Shown: piece by piece, positions 27,001 to 39,559 of the stretch | How positions within the stretch are numbered: the first letter of the stretch is position 1 | Layout of the letters: every line of letters starts with the position of its first letter | NCBI GenBank assembly: GCA_964016885.1 | Contig: OZ024750.1 | Location: forward strand, 29,202,001 to 29,266,000 | Reading direction: 5' to 3' | DNA length: 64,000 nucleotides | Source: Eledone cirrhosa | Lineage: Eukaryota | Notes under the pieces: generated by a model | What the model was told of the DNA's origin: nothing | Seen by the model: the letters and a program-made list of their open reading frames with translations, nothing else | The model's database searches: none | Program-made: the position numbers and the translations under genes

Positions 27001-30000
27001 TTCATTACAACCCCCCAGATGAAATACCATTGCAGGTTTTCATTACAACCCCCCAGATGAAATACCATTGCAGGTTTTCATTACAACCCCCAGATGAAAT
27101 ACCATTGCAGGTTTTCATTACAACCCCCAGATGAAATACCATTGCAGGTTTTCATTACAACCCCCCCCCCCAGATGAAATACCATTGCAGGTTTTCATTA
27201 CAGCCCCCCCCCAGATGAAATACCATTGCAGGTTTTCATTACAACCCCCCAGATGAAATACCATTGCAGGTTTTCATTACAACCCCCCAGATGAAATACC
27301 ATTGCAGGTTTTCATTACAACCCCCAGATGAAATACCATTGCAGGTTTTCATTACAACCCCCCAGATGAAATACCATTGCAGGTTTTCATTACAACCCCC
27401 CCCCAGATGAAATACCATTGCAGGTTTTCATTACAACCCCCAGATGAAATACCATTGCAGGTTTTCATTACAACCCCCAGATGAAATACCATTGCAGGTT
27501 TTCATTACAACCCCCAGATGAAATACCATTGCAGGTTTTCATTACAACCCCCAGATGAAATACCATTGCAGGTTTTCATTACAACCCCCAGATGAAATAC
27601 CATTGCAGGTTTTCATTACAACCCCCAGATGAAATACCATTGCAGGTTTTCATTACAACCCCCAGATGAAATACCATTGCAGGTTTTCATTACAACCCCC
27701 AGATGAAATACCATTGCAGGTTTTCATTACAACCCCCAGATGAAATACCATTGCAGGTTTTCATTACAACCCCCCCCCAGATGAAATACCATTGCAGGTT
27801 TTCATTACAACCCCCCCCAGATGAAATATCATTGCAGGTTTTCATTACAACCCCCAGATGAAATACCATTGCAGGTTTTCATTACAACCCCCAGATGAAA
27901 TACCATTGCAGGTTTTCATTACAACCCCCCCAGATGAAATACCATTGCAGGTTTTCATTACAACCCCCAGATGAAATACCATTGCAGGTTTTCATTACAA
28001 CCCCCAGATGAAATACCATTGCAGGTTTTCATTACAACCCCCCAGATGAAATACCATTGCAGGTTTTCATTACAACCCCCAGATGAAATACCATTGCAGG
28101 TTTTCATTACAACCCCCAGATGAAATACCATTGCAGGTTTTCATTACAACCCCCCAGATGAAATACCATTGCAGGTTTTCATTACAACCCCCAGATGAAA
28201 TACCATTGCAGGTTTTCATTACAACCCCCAGATGAAATATCATTGCAGGTTTTCATTACAACCCCCAGATGAAATACCATTGCAGGTTTTCATTACAACC
28301 CCCAGATGAAATACCATTGCAGGTTTTCATTACAACCCCCAGATGAAATACCATTGCAGGTTTTCATTACAACCCCCCAGATGAAATACCATTGCAGGTT
28401 TTCATTACAACCCCCAGATGAAATACCAATTGCAGGTTTTCATTACAACCCCCCCCCCCCAGATGAAATACCATTGCAGGTTTTCATTACAAGCCCCCCC
28501 CCCCCCCCAGATGAAATATCATTGCAGGTTTTCATTACAACCCCCAGATGAAATACCATTGCAGGTTTTCATTACAACCCCCAGATGAAATACCATTGCA
28601 GGTTTTCATTACAACCCCCAGATGAAATACCATTGCAGGTTTTCATTACAACCCCCAGATGAAATACCATTGCAGGTTTTCATTACAACCCCCCCCCCCC
28701 AGATGAAATACCATTGCAGGTTTTCATTACAGCCCCCCCCCCCCCAGATGAAATATCATTGCAGGTTTTCATTACAACCCCCAGATGAAATACCATTGCA
28801 GGTTTTCATTACAACCCCCAGATGAAATACCATTGCAGGTTTTCATTACAACCCCCAGATGAAATACCATTGCAGGTTTTCATTACAACCCCCCCAGATG
28901 AAATATCATTGCAGGTTTTCATTACAACCCCCCCAGATGAAATATCATTGCAGGTTTTCATTACAACCCCCCCAGATGAAATATCATTGCAGGTTTTCAT
29001 TACAACCCCCAGATGAAATACCATTGCAGGTTTTCATTACAGCCCCCCCCCCCCCCCCCAGATGAAATATCATTGCAGGTTTTCATTACAACCCCCAGAT
29101 GAAATACCATTGCAGGTTTTCATTACAACCCCCAGATGAAATACCATTGCAGGTTTTCATTACAACCCCCCAGATGAAATACCATTGCAGGTTTTCATTA
29201 CAACCCCCAGATGAAATACCATTGCAGGTTTTCATTACAACCCCCCCCCCCCCCAGATGAAATACCATTGCAGGTTTTCATTACAGCCCCCCCCCCCCAG
29301 ATGAAATATCATTGCAGGTTTTCATTACAACCCCCAGATGAAATACCATTGCAGGTTTTCATTACAACCCCCCCAGATGAAATATCATTGCAGGTTTTCA
29401 TTACAACCCCCAGATGAAATACCATTGCAGGTTTTCATTACAACCCCCCCCCAGATGAAATATCATTGCAGGTTTTCATTACAACCCCCCCAGATGAAAT
29501 ATCACTTGCAGGTTTTCATTACAACCCCCCCAGATGAAATATCATTGCAGGTTTTCATTACAACCCCCAGATGAAATACCATTGCAGGTTTTCATTACAA
29601 GCCCCCCCCCCCCAGATGAAATATCATTGCAGGTTTTCATTACAACCCCCAGATGAAATACCATTGCAGGTTTTCATTACAACCCCCAGATGAAATACCA
29701 TTGCAGTTTTCATTACAACCCCCAGATGAAATACCATTGCAGGTTTTCATTACAACCCCCAGATGAAATACCATTGCAGGTTTTCATTACAACCCCCCCC
29801 CCCCCCCAGATGAAATACCATTGCAGGTTTTCATTACAAGCCCCCCCCCCAGATGAAATATCATTGCAGGTTTTCATTACAACCCCCCCAGATGAAATAT
29901 CATTGCAGGTTTTCATTACAACCCCCCCAGATGAAATATCATTGCAGGTTTTCATTACAACCCCAGATGAAATACCATTGCAGGTTTTCATTACAGCCCC

Positions 30001-33000
30001 CCCCCCCCAGATGAAATATCATTGCAGGTTTTCATTACAACCCCCAGATGAAATACCATTGCAGGTTTTCATTACAACCCCCAGATGAAATACCATTGCA
30101 GGTTTTCATTACAACCCCCAGATGAAATACCATTGCAGGTTTTCATTACAACCCCCAGATGAAATACCATTGCAGGTTTTCATTACAACCCCCCCCCCCC
30201 CAGATGAAATACCATTGCAGGTTTTCATTACAGCCCCCCCCCCCCAGATGAAATATCATTGCAGGTTTTCATTACAACCCCCCCAGATGAAATATCATTG
30301 CAGGTTTTCATTACAACCCCCCCAGATGAAATATCATTGCAGGTTTTCATTACAACCCCCCAGATGAAATACCATTGCAGGTTTTCATTACAGCCCCCCC
30401 CCCCCAGATGAAATATCATTGCAGGTTTTCATTACAACCCCCCAGATGAAATACCATTGCAGGTTTTCATTACAACCCCCCAGATGAAATACCATTGCAG
30501 GTTTTCATTACAACCCCCCAGATGAAATACCATTGCAGGTTTTCATTACAACCCCCCCAGATGAAATACCATTGCAGGTTTTCATTACAGCCCCCCCCCC
30601 CCAGATGAAATATCATTGCAGGTTTTCATTACAACCCCCCAGATGAAATACCATTGCAGGTTTTCATTACAACCCCCCAGATGAAATACCATTGCAGGTT
30701 TTCATTACAACCCCCCAGATGAAATACCATTGCAGGTTTTCATTACAACCCCCCCCCCAGATGAAATACCATTGCAGGTTTTCATTACAACCCCCCCAGA
30801 TGAAATACCGTTGCAGGTTTTCATTACAACCCCCAGATGAAATACCATTGCAGGTTTTCATTACAGCCCCCCCCCCCAGATGAAATATCATTGCAGGTTT
30901 TCATTACAACCCCCCCAGATGAAATATCATTGCAGGTTTTCATTACAACCCCCCCAGATGAAATATCATTGCAGGTTTTCATTACAACCCCCCCAGATGA
31001 AATACCGTTGCAGGTTTTCATTACAACCCCCCCAGATGAAATACCGTTGCAGGTTTTCATTACAACCCCCCCAGATGAAATACCGTTGCAGGTTTTCATT
31101 ACAACCCCCCCAGATGAAATATCATTGCAGGTTTTCATTACAACCCCCCCCAGATGAAATATCATTGCAGGTTTTCATTACAACCCCCCCAGATGAAATA
31201 CCGTTGCAGGTTTTCATTACAACCCCCCCCAGATGAAATACCGTTGCAGGTTTTCATTACAACCCCCAGATGAAATACCATTGCAGGTTTTCATTACAGC
31301 CCCCCCCCAGATGAAATATCATTGCAGGTTTTCATTACAACCCCCCCAGATGAAATATCATTGCAGGTTTTCATTACAACCCCCCCAGATGAAATATCAT
31401 TGCAGGTTTTCATTACAACCCCCCCAGATGAAATACCGTTGCAGGTTTTCATTACAACCCCCCCCAGATGAAATACCATTGCAGGTTTTCATTACAACCC
31501 CCCAGATGAAATACCATTGCAGGTTTTCATTACAACCCCCCCAGATGAAATACCATTGCAGGTTTTCATTACAACCCCCCCAGATGAAATACCATTGCAG
31601 GTTTTCATTACAACCCCCCCAGATGAAATACCATTGCAGGTTTTCATTACAACCCCCCCCAGATGAAATATCATTGCAGGTTTTCATTACAACCCCCAGA
31701 TGAAATATCATTGCAGGTTTTCATTACAACCCCCCCAGATGAAATATCATTGCAGGTTTTCATTACAACCCCCCCAGATGAAATATCATTGCAGGTTTTC
31801 ATTACAACCCCCCCAGATGAAATACCATTGCAGGTTTTCATTACAACCCCCAGATGAAATACCATTGCAGGTTTTCATTACAACCCCCCCAGATGAAATA
31901 TCATTGCAGGTTTTCATTACAACCCCCCAGATGAAATATCATTGCAGGTTTTCATTACAACCCCCCAGATGAAATATCATTGCAGGTTTTCATTACAACC
32001 CCCCCAGATGAAATATCATTGCAGGTTTTCATTACAACCCCCCCAGATGAAATACCATTGCAGGTTTTCATTACAACCCCCAGATGAAATACCATTGCAG
32101 GTTTTCATTACAACCCCCAGATGAAATACCATTGCAGGTTTTCATTACAACCCCCCAGATGAAATATCATTGCAGGTTTTCATTACAACCCCCAGATGAA
32201 ATATCATTGCAGGTTTTCATTACAACCCCCAGATGAAATACCATTGCAGGTTTTCATTACAACCCCCCCAGATGAAATATCATTGCAGGTTTTCATTACA
32301 ACCCCCAGATGAAATATCATTGCAGGTTTTCATTACAACCCCCCCAGATGAAATACCATTGCAGGTTTTCATTACAACCCCCAGATGAAATATCATTGCA
32401 GGTTTTCATTACAACCCCCCCAGATGAAATATCATTGCAGGTTTTCATTACAACCCCCCCAGATGAAATATCATTGCAGGTTTTCATTACAACCCCCCCA
32501 GATGAAATATCATTGCAGGTTTTCATTACAACCCCCCCAGATGAAATACCATTGCAGGTTTTCATTACAACCCCCAGATGAAATACCATTGCAGGTTTTC
32601 ATTACAACCCCCCCAGATGAAATATCATTGCAGGTTTTCATTACAACCCCCAGATGAAATATCATTGCAGGTTTTCATTACAACCCCCCCAGATGAAATA
32701 TCATTGCAGGTTTTCATTACAACCCCCCAGATGAAATATCATTGCAGGTTTTCATTACAACCCCCCAGATGAAATACCATTGCAGGTTTTCATTACAACC
32801 CCCAGATGAAATACCATTGCAGGTTTTCATTACAACCCCCAGATGAAATACCATTGCAGGTTTTCATTACAACCCCCCCAGATGAAATATCATTGCAGGT
32901 TTTCATTACAACCCCCAGATGAAATATCATTGCAGGTTTTCATTACAACCCCCAGATGAAATACCATTGCAGGTTTTCATTACAACCCCCCCAGATGAAA

Positions 33001-34994
33001 TACCATTGCAGGTTTTCATTACAACCCCCAGATGAAATACCATTGCAGGTTTTCATTACAACCCCCCCAGATGAAATATCATTGCAGGTTTTCATTACAA
33101 CCCCCCAGATGAAATATCATTGCAGGTTTTCATTACAACCCCCAGATGAAATATCATTGCAGGTTTTCATTACAACCCCCAGATGAAATATCATTGCAGG
33201 TTTTCATTACAACCCCCAGATGAAATACCATTGCAGGTTTTCATTACAACCCCCCCAGATGAAATATCATTGCAGGTTTTCATTACAACCCCCAGATGAA
33301 ATATCATTGCAGGTTTTCATTACAACCCCCAGATGAAATACCATTGCAGGTTTTCATTACAACCCCCCCAGATGAAATACCATTGCAGGTTTTCATTACA
33401 ACCCCCAGATGAAATACCATTGCAGGTTTTCATTACAACCCCCCCAGATGAAATATCATTGCAGGTTTTCATTACAACCCCCCCAGATGAAATATCATTG
33501 CAGGTTTTCATTACAACCCCCAGATGAAATATCATTGCAGGTTTTCATTACAACCCCCCCAGATGAAATATCATTGCAGGTTTTCATTACAACCCCCCCA
33601 GATGAAATATCATTGCAGGTTTTCATTACAACCCCCCCAGATGAAATACCATTGCAGGTTTTCATTACAACCCCCAGATGAAATACCATTGCAGGTTTTC
33701 ATTACAACCCCCAGATGAAATACCATTGCAGGTTTTCATTACAACCCCCCCAGATGAAATATCATTGCAGGTTTTCATTACAACCCCCAGATGAAATATC
33801 ATTGCAGGTTTTCATTACAACCCCCAGATGAAATACCATTGCAGGTTTTCATTACAACCCCCCCAGATGAAATATCATTGCAGGTTTTCATTACAACCCC
33901 CAGATGAAATATCATTGCAGGTTTTCATTACAACCCCCCCAGATGAAATACCATTGCAGGTTTTCATTACAACCCCCAGATGAAATATCATTGCAGGTTT
34001 TCATTACAACCCCCCCAGATGAAATATCATTGCAGGTTTTCATTACAACCCCCCCAGATGAAATATCATTGCAGGTTTTCATTACAACCCCCAGATGAAA
34101 TACCATTGCAGGTTTTCATTACAACCCCCAGATGAAATACCATTGCAGGTTTTCATTACAACCCCCCCAGATGAAATATCATTGCAGGTTTTCATTACAA
34201 CCCCCAGATGAAATATCATTGCAGGTTTTCATTACAACCCCCCCAGATGAAATATCATTGCAGGTTTTCATTACAACCCCCCCAGATGAAATACCATTGC
34301 AGGTTTTCATTACAACCTCCCCAGATGAAATATCATTGCAGGTTTTCATTACAACCCCCAGATGAAATACCATTGCAGGTTTTCATTACAACCCCCAGAT
34401 GAAATACCATTGCAGGTTTTCATTACAACCCCCCCAGATGAAATATCATTGCAGGTTTTCATTACAACCCCCAGATGAAATACCATTGCAGGTTTTCATT
34501 ACAACCCCCCCAGATGAAATACCATTGCAGGTTTTCATTACAACCCCCAGATGAAATACCATTGCAGGTTTTCATTACAACCCCCCCAGATGAAATACCA
34601 TTGCAGGTTTTCATTACAACCCCCAGATGAAATACCATTGCAGGTTTTCATTACAACCCCCCCAGATGAAATATCATTGCAGGTTTTCATTACAACCCCC
34701 AGATGAAATACCATTGCAGGTTTTCATTACAACCCCCAGATGAAATACCATTGCAGGTTTTCATTACAACCCCCCCAGATGAAATATCATTGCAGGTTTT
34801 CATTACAACCCCCAGATGAAATATCATTGCAGGTTTTCATTACAACCCCCAGATGAAATATCATTGCAGGTTTTCATTACAACCCCCCCAGATGAAATAT
34901 CATTGCAGGTTTTCATTACAACCCCCAGATGAAATACCATTGCAGGTTTTCATTACAACCCCCCCAGATGAAATACCATTGCAGGTTTTCATTA
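12030..34994. repeat. Giant satellite, unit agatgaaata(c/t)cattgcaggttttcattaca(a/g)+C5-13 (37-45 bp), roughly 590 assembled copies
   Basis: Uninterrupted head-to-tail units over ~23 kb. Copy number is estimated from length divided by mean unit and is uncertain because of the internal gap. Confidence 0.98.
24919..25118. other. Assembly gap (200 N) within the satellite
   Basis: Run of exactly 200 N, probably a placeholder size. Confidence 0.99.
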
Positions 34995-35145
34995 GTCTTC
35001 TACATCTTGGTTTCAAATCATACTGAGATCAACTCTGTCTTTTTTTTTTCCTTCTGGGGTGATAAATTAAAGTACCAGTAATTCGCTAGGACTGGTATAA
35101 AAGATCCCCCCCCCCCTCCCCTAAAATCTGTTGGCCTTGTGCATT
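34995..35145 (+). mobile_element. 3' part (B box, body, tail) of the SINE split by the giant satellite
   Basis: ggtttcaaatcatactgagatcaactctgtc...ggggtgataaattaaagtaccagta...tggccttgtgc is colinear with intact SINE copies such as 45322-45512. Confidence 0.8.
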
Positions 35146-35969
35146 AACAAGTGTTTGGAATATAACGAAGGTTCTGATATAAAATTATGATGGAGTTTTT
35201 TTTTTAGATAATATAATTTAAAACAAACAGTTTTATATCATAGGACCAGGTGCAGTTTTGGATAGTTTGGTCTCAAAGGGTTAACTAGACTTTCTATGTA
35301 TTTGTTGTTAATATAAATATAGCTAGCAGGTAACCGTTGACTGACAGGTGATGTAAAGTCAAGAGACAGCCTATTGACTCAGGTAATTTTAACAGGTAAA
35401 AATCCTAGGGAAATTTGAGCAGATGTATTTAGGATTATAAATAAGTTGCTTGACAATAGCAATGTTTAAGCAGTGCCCTCACACACACACACACACTTCA
35501 TTCTTGTTTTACAGAACAATAATTGAAGGCAATTCAAAACACTCAGTATCTGGTAATGGTTGTGAGTGTACTTGGCTATTCCTGCCCCTCAGCCTCACTA
35601 TCATCTGTGGTAATGCCACAGAGGGCAACACCACCATTCTCTGCAGCAATGTGTAATTGTGGGAGTGTGCATGTTTCATTTTTTTTTCTGCCTAAAATAT
35701 TTATAGGTTTGTTTCATGTTACATTATGGTATGATCCCACAACTCCCAGTGGTGCCATAGTGACACAGCATTTCTTGGGCATTTTAAAACCTGGTGGAGC
35801 CCATCTCCTCTCCAGGTCTGAACACAGCAGCTTTCTTCCAGAGAAAGTGAGAGAATGAAAGTGTGTATATATACTATATACACACTATATAAATTATATC
35901 CACTATATACACTATGCTGGTGTCCCCAAAAAACTGGAAGGATTTAATAATATAACTAACTTTCTAATT

Positions 35970-36199
35970 ATTAACCCTTTAGCATTTACATTACCATGGA
36001 AATATAATAGTAAATATAGAATAAAGACTTTACCTCACATAATTATCTTACAAAATATTGAAGCTATGATATTTTGATGTTATTTATTTTGATAACAATA
36101 CCTTAACATCAGTATGAATGGCTGGCTATGGCTGGTTTGAACAGAAGGAGGTGAGAGAATCCTGGCCAGATACAGCCAGTTTAAATGCTAAAAGGTTAA
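35970..36199 (-). mobile_element. piggyBac-like MITE family A
   Basis: ttaaccctttagcattt ... aaatgctaaaaggttaa. Confidence 0.75.
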
Positions 36200-36824
36200 A
36201 CTGGTGTTTGGAGCATAAAGTTTCTTATATAAAATGATTCTGAAAGATTTTTAGATAAATATTGTGGAACCAGGGATAGTTTCAAGTGGTGGGGTGGGTT
36301 AGGGGTTAAATAATCAACAAGTTTAGTAGCAGCTACTGTAGTGGTATGAATGGTAAATAGCAACAGGACAAGACAGTAAATGTAGGATATAACTTGATAG
36401 AAGTAGAAATCTATCTGATTCTGACATCTGGCTAAAGTTGGCACAGCACCACAAAATCTTTCAATAGATTGCCAAATTAATAAATAATTTCATCTTTCGT
36501 CAATACCATAGATCATAAATAAACACACACATAAAACAATAAAAACATAAATATTTAATTTTCTTATCGTTGGTTCATGAAGTTTTTTTTATAGTTTCAT
36601 TCAAAGTGGTAGAATAGTCTTCGTTTTTAATACATACCGGTTAGACAACAACACAAGTATTTTAACCCCTTCATTACTATATTTCTAATGAAAGGAACTA
36701 TGATTTTCTAATAATTTTGAAATTAATCAACTATTTGAAGAGATTTAGTAAAATAATTAACCATATTATTAAGTTGGTGTTTAGTACATAGCTTAAGAAA
36801 AATATTCTAGCATAAAAAGTTTTA

Positions 36825-37215
36825 TTGAATCTTGGGTAATGACCGAAAGAATACGATCACGAATACAAGAGGTCGAAATGAGGTTCCTCCAAAGGGTCTT
36901 TGGAGTAACATTACTTGATAAAGTACATAGCTTGGAAATCAGAGAGTCACTCCAGGTAGAGCCACTGCTTCTCCGAATTGAGAGATCACAGTTCCAATAT
37001 TATGAGCATGTGGTTAGAATGTCTCAGTAAAGAATCGCTGGACAGACAGGAGACCCAGGGAAAGACCCCAAGTAAGATGGTTGGATAACATCCATGAGCT
37101 TGGCTGGCCACGCTTGGGGATCCAGATGGATCAGTCGGAGACAGTTGCTACTGACAGGACCTGCTGGAGGGGGTGTTTGAGGACTGCCCCCATGACCCTC
37201 TCAGGAATAAATGGG
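36825..37215 (+). mobile_element. RTE-clade LINE 3' fragment (5'-truncated)
   Basis: ESWVMTERIRSRIQEVEMRFLQRVFGVTLLDKVHSLEIRESLQVEPLLLRIERSQ..YEHVVRM, then RPQVRWLDNI and DRTCWR; typical RTE ORF C-terminus. Confidence 0.85.
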
Positions 37216-37279
37216 CAAAGAAAATAAGAAATATTTTAAAATAAGTGGCTTGTCATAGAATTGGGGCCTGTTTGTGCAG

Positions 37280-37550
37280 TCTAAAAAGTCTAAAGCCTGT
37301 CTTGAGCCAGGAGGCTTATTAGACCGGTGCTTATCTCTGTTTCTGTGGTGTGAAGCAACTGAGACGACAAGACTCCCTGCTGGACATGACACCAGTCCAT
37401 AGTAGGGTTAAATCACCAGCTATTGGTACACATTTTCAGCTGAGTATACTGGAGGAACATGAAATGAAGTGTTTTGCTCAAGAAAACAACCACAACTCAG
37501 TCCAGCAATCCAACCCATGATGTTATGATCCTAAACCCAACACACCACTA
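37280..37550 (-). mobile_element. Second tRNA-derived SINE family, reverse copy
   Basis: cattttcagctgagtatactgg...gttttgctcaagaa; homologous to 45990-46230 (-) and 44845-44995 (+). Confidence 0.65.
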
Positions 37551-37744
37551 GGTAGGGGTTTTGGGCAGATTGGTATAAAAAAAAGGGTTAAAACTCTTCT
37601 AAAGCAGGTGTCAACCTTGCTGGGCCCTATCATAGGCTTCTCCATTCTGTTCTATCTTAGCTACGGATCTCAAACATGTGGCCCCCAAACAATTTTTCTA
37701 TGGCCCACCGCAGAACAATTTTCCTTTCTAATATTTTCCTAAAA

Positions 37745-37960
37745 TTTAGTATTTAAACCGGCCATATTCGGAAGAATTTTCCCACCTCTTTCTGTTCAAA
37801 CCAGCTGTAACTGGCCGCTCATATTGATGTTAAAGTATTGTTCTCAAAATAAATATCAAAATCGCAGATTCGATATTATGTGGGATAATTATGTGAGGTA
37901 AAGCCCTTCCCATGAAAATATAATAGTAAATATAGAGTAATGTAAATGATAAAGGGTTAA
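37745..37960 (+). mobile_element. piggyBac-like MITE family A (left end eroded)
   Basis: Colinear with 11342-11557; ends aaagggttaa. Confidence 0.7.
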
Positions 37961-38007
37961 TGGAAAAGGAAAATGGACATTAACAGCTGGTCCCACAGGG
38001 TTGAGAG

Positions 38008-38630
38008 CATATATATATATATACGCATATATATATACACACACACGCATATATATATATACACACGCATATATATACACACACAAATGCATATATATAT
38101 ATATATATACACAAATACGCATATATATACACATATACAAGTAAACATGCATATATACACACAAACATGCATATATATACACATATACACACATGCATAT
38201 ATACACACACAAATGCATATATATATATATACACACAAATGCATATATATATACACATACACACAAATGCATATATATATACACATACACACAAATGCAT
38301 ATATATATACACATACACACAAATGCATATATATATACACATACACACAAATGCATATATATATACACATACACACAAATGCATATATATATACATACAT
38401 ACACACACATGCATATATATATATATATATACATACACAAATTCATATATACATACATACACAAATTCATATATACATACACAAATTCATACATACATAC
38501 ATACACAAATTCATACATACATACACAAATTCATACATACATACATACATACATACATACATACATACACACAAATTCATATATATATATACATACATAC
38601 ATACATACACAGTTATATACATACACACAG
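38008..38630. repeat. Compound (TA)/(CA)/(TACA) micro- and minisatellite
   Basis: Units such as acacaaatgcatatatatatacacat. Confidence 0.9.
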
Positions 38631-39017
38631 TACAGCCATGTATTGAAACACAAAATCCAATCGAATTTCAGTGTACGCTCAGGGAGATTCCTTCTGAATT
38701 GTTGATTGGAGATAAAGATTTGCAGCACCCTCACAACAGTACTGCTCCTTGTGGTTACCTAGCAACCAGCTCTGATGCTACTTGGGAATGTCCAGGGAGA
38801 CACACACATACACACATACATACAATTGTGTCTATGGATGTTATATCTACACACACACACACACCCACGTGTCTGTGGCTGTGTTATGCTTACACACACA
38901 TATGTGGATGTGTTTACACACACACACACACACAATATATATAAAATCAATATAAGTTCCTACAGCTCAAGCACAGCAACAACAACACTATGATGACAAT
39001 GACGACAACAGCGATGA

Positions 39018-39190
39018 CAAAAAAGGAAAAAAAGAAAGAAAAAGGAAAAGAAAAGAAAAAAGAAAAAAGAAAGAAAAAGAAGAAAAAGAAAGAAAAAGAA
39101 GAGAAAAAGAAAGATAAAGAAAAAAGAAAAGAAAAAAAAAAAGAAAAAAGAAAAAAGGGAAAAAAAGAGAAAAAGAAAAAGGAAAAGGCG
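39018..39190. repeat. A/G-rich low-complexity tract
   Basis: Pure purine run of aaaag-type motifs. Confidence 0.9.
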
Positions 39191-39409
39191 GAGGCGAAGA
39201 TGACAATGATGATGATGATGGTGAAGATACATGAAGGTAATTTAAAATGGAGAACTACAATTGATACAAATCTGAAAGGTCAGTTTGACCTGACACCAAC
39301 TATTACATGGCTTTTATATATTTGGATTTTATTTCATTTTCCGTAGTTTTTTTTTTTATATTGTTTTGTTTTTAATCATAACAACAACAACAACAACCCA
39401 TGGCTAGTT

Positions 39410-39477
39410 CAGAGGTTCTCAAAGTGGCTTTTCATGACCATGAGAAGGGTGGTGGCTCAAAAGTTTGGGAACCTCTG
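39410..39477. mobile_element. 68-bp hAT-type MITE with TIRs and 8-bp TSD
   Basis: TIR cagaggttctcaaa / tttgggaacctctg; flanks ggctagtt and gtctagtt (7/8 identical). Confidence 0.75.
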
Positions 39478-39559
39478 GTCTAGTTCCTAACCTAACAACT
39501 CGTGTCTAGTTTACATAGATTTTCAGTTCCTGCTGTCAGGGATTTTCTACTGTGAGGAT

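Noticed and set aside
11673-34402. Many ORFs such as [12 protein letters not shown] and [12 protein letters not shown]
   Set aside because: These are translations of the satellite; frames shift with each poly-C length change.
12030-34994. CRISPR-like array (32-bp palindromic constant part repeated hundreds of times)
   Set aside because: There are no unique spacers, only variable poly-C. No cas genes are present, the context is eukaryotic, and the flanks indicate a SINE origin.
37889-38944. YIH/CVY-rich ORFs up to 323 aa
   Set aside because: Dinucleotide microsatellite translations.
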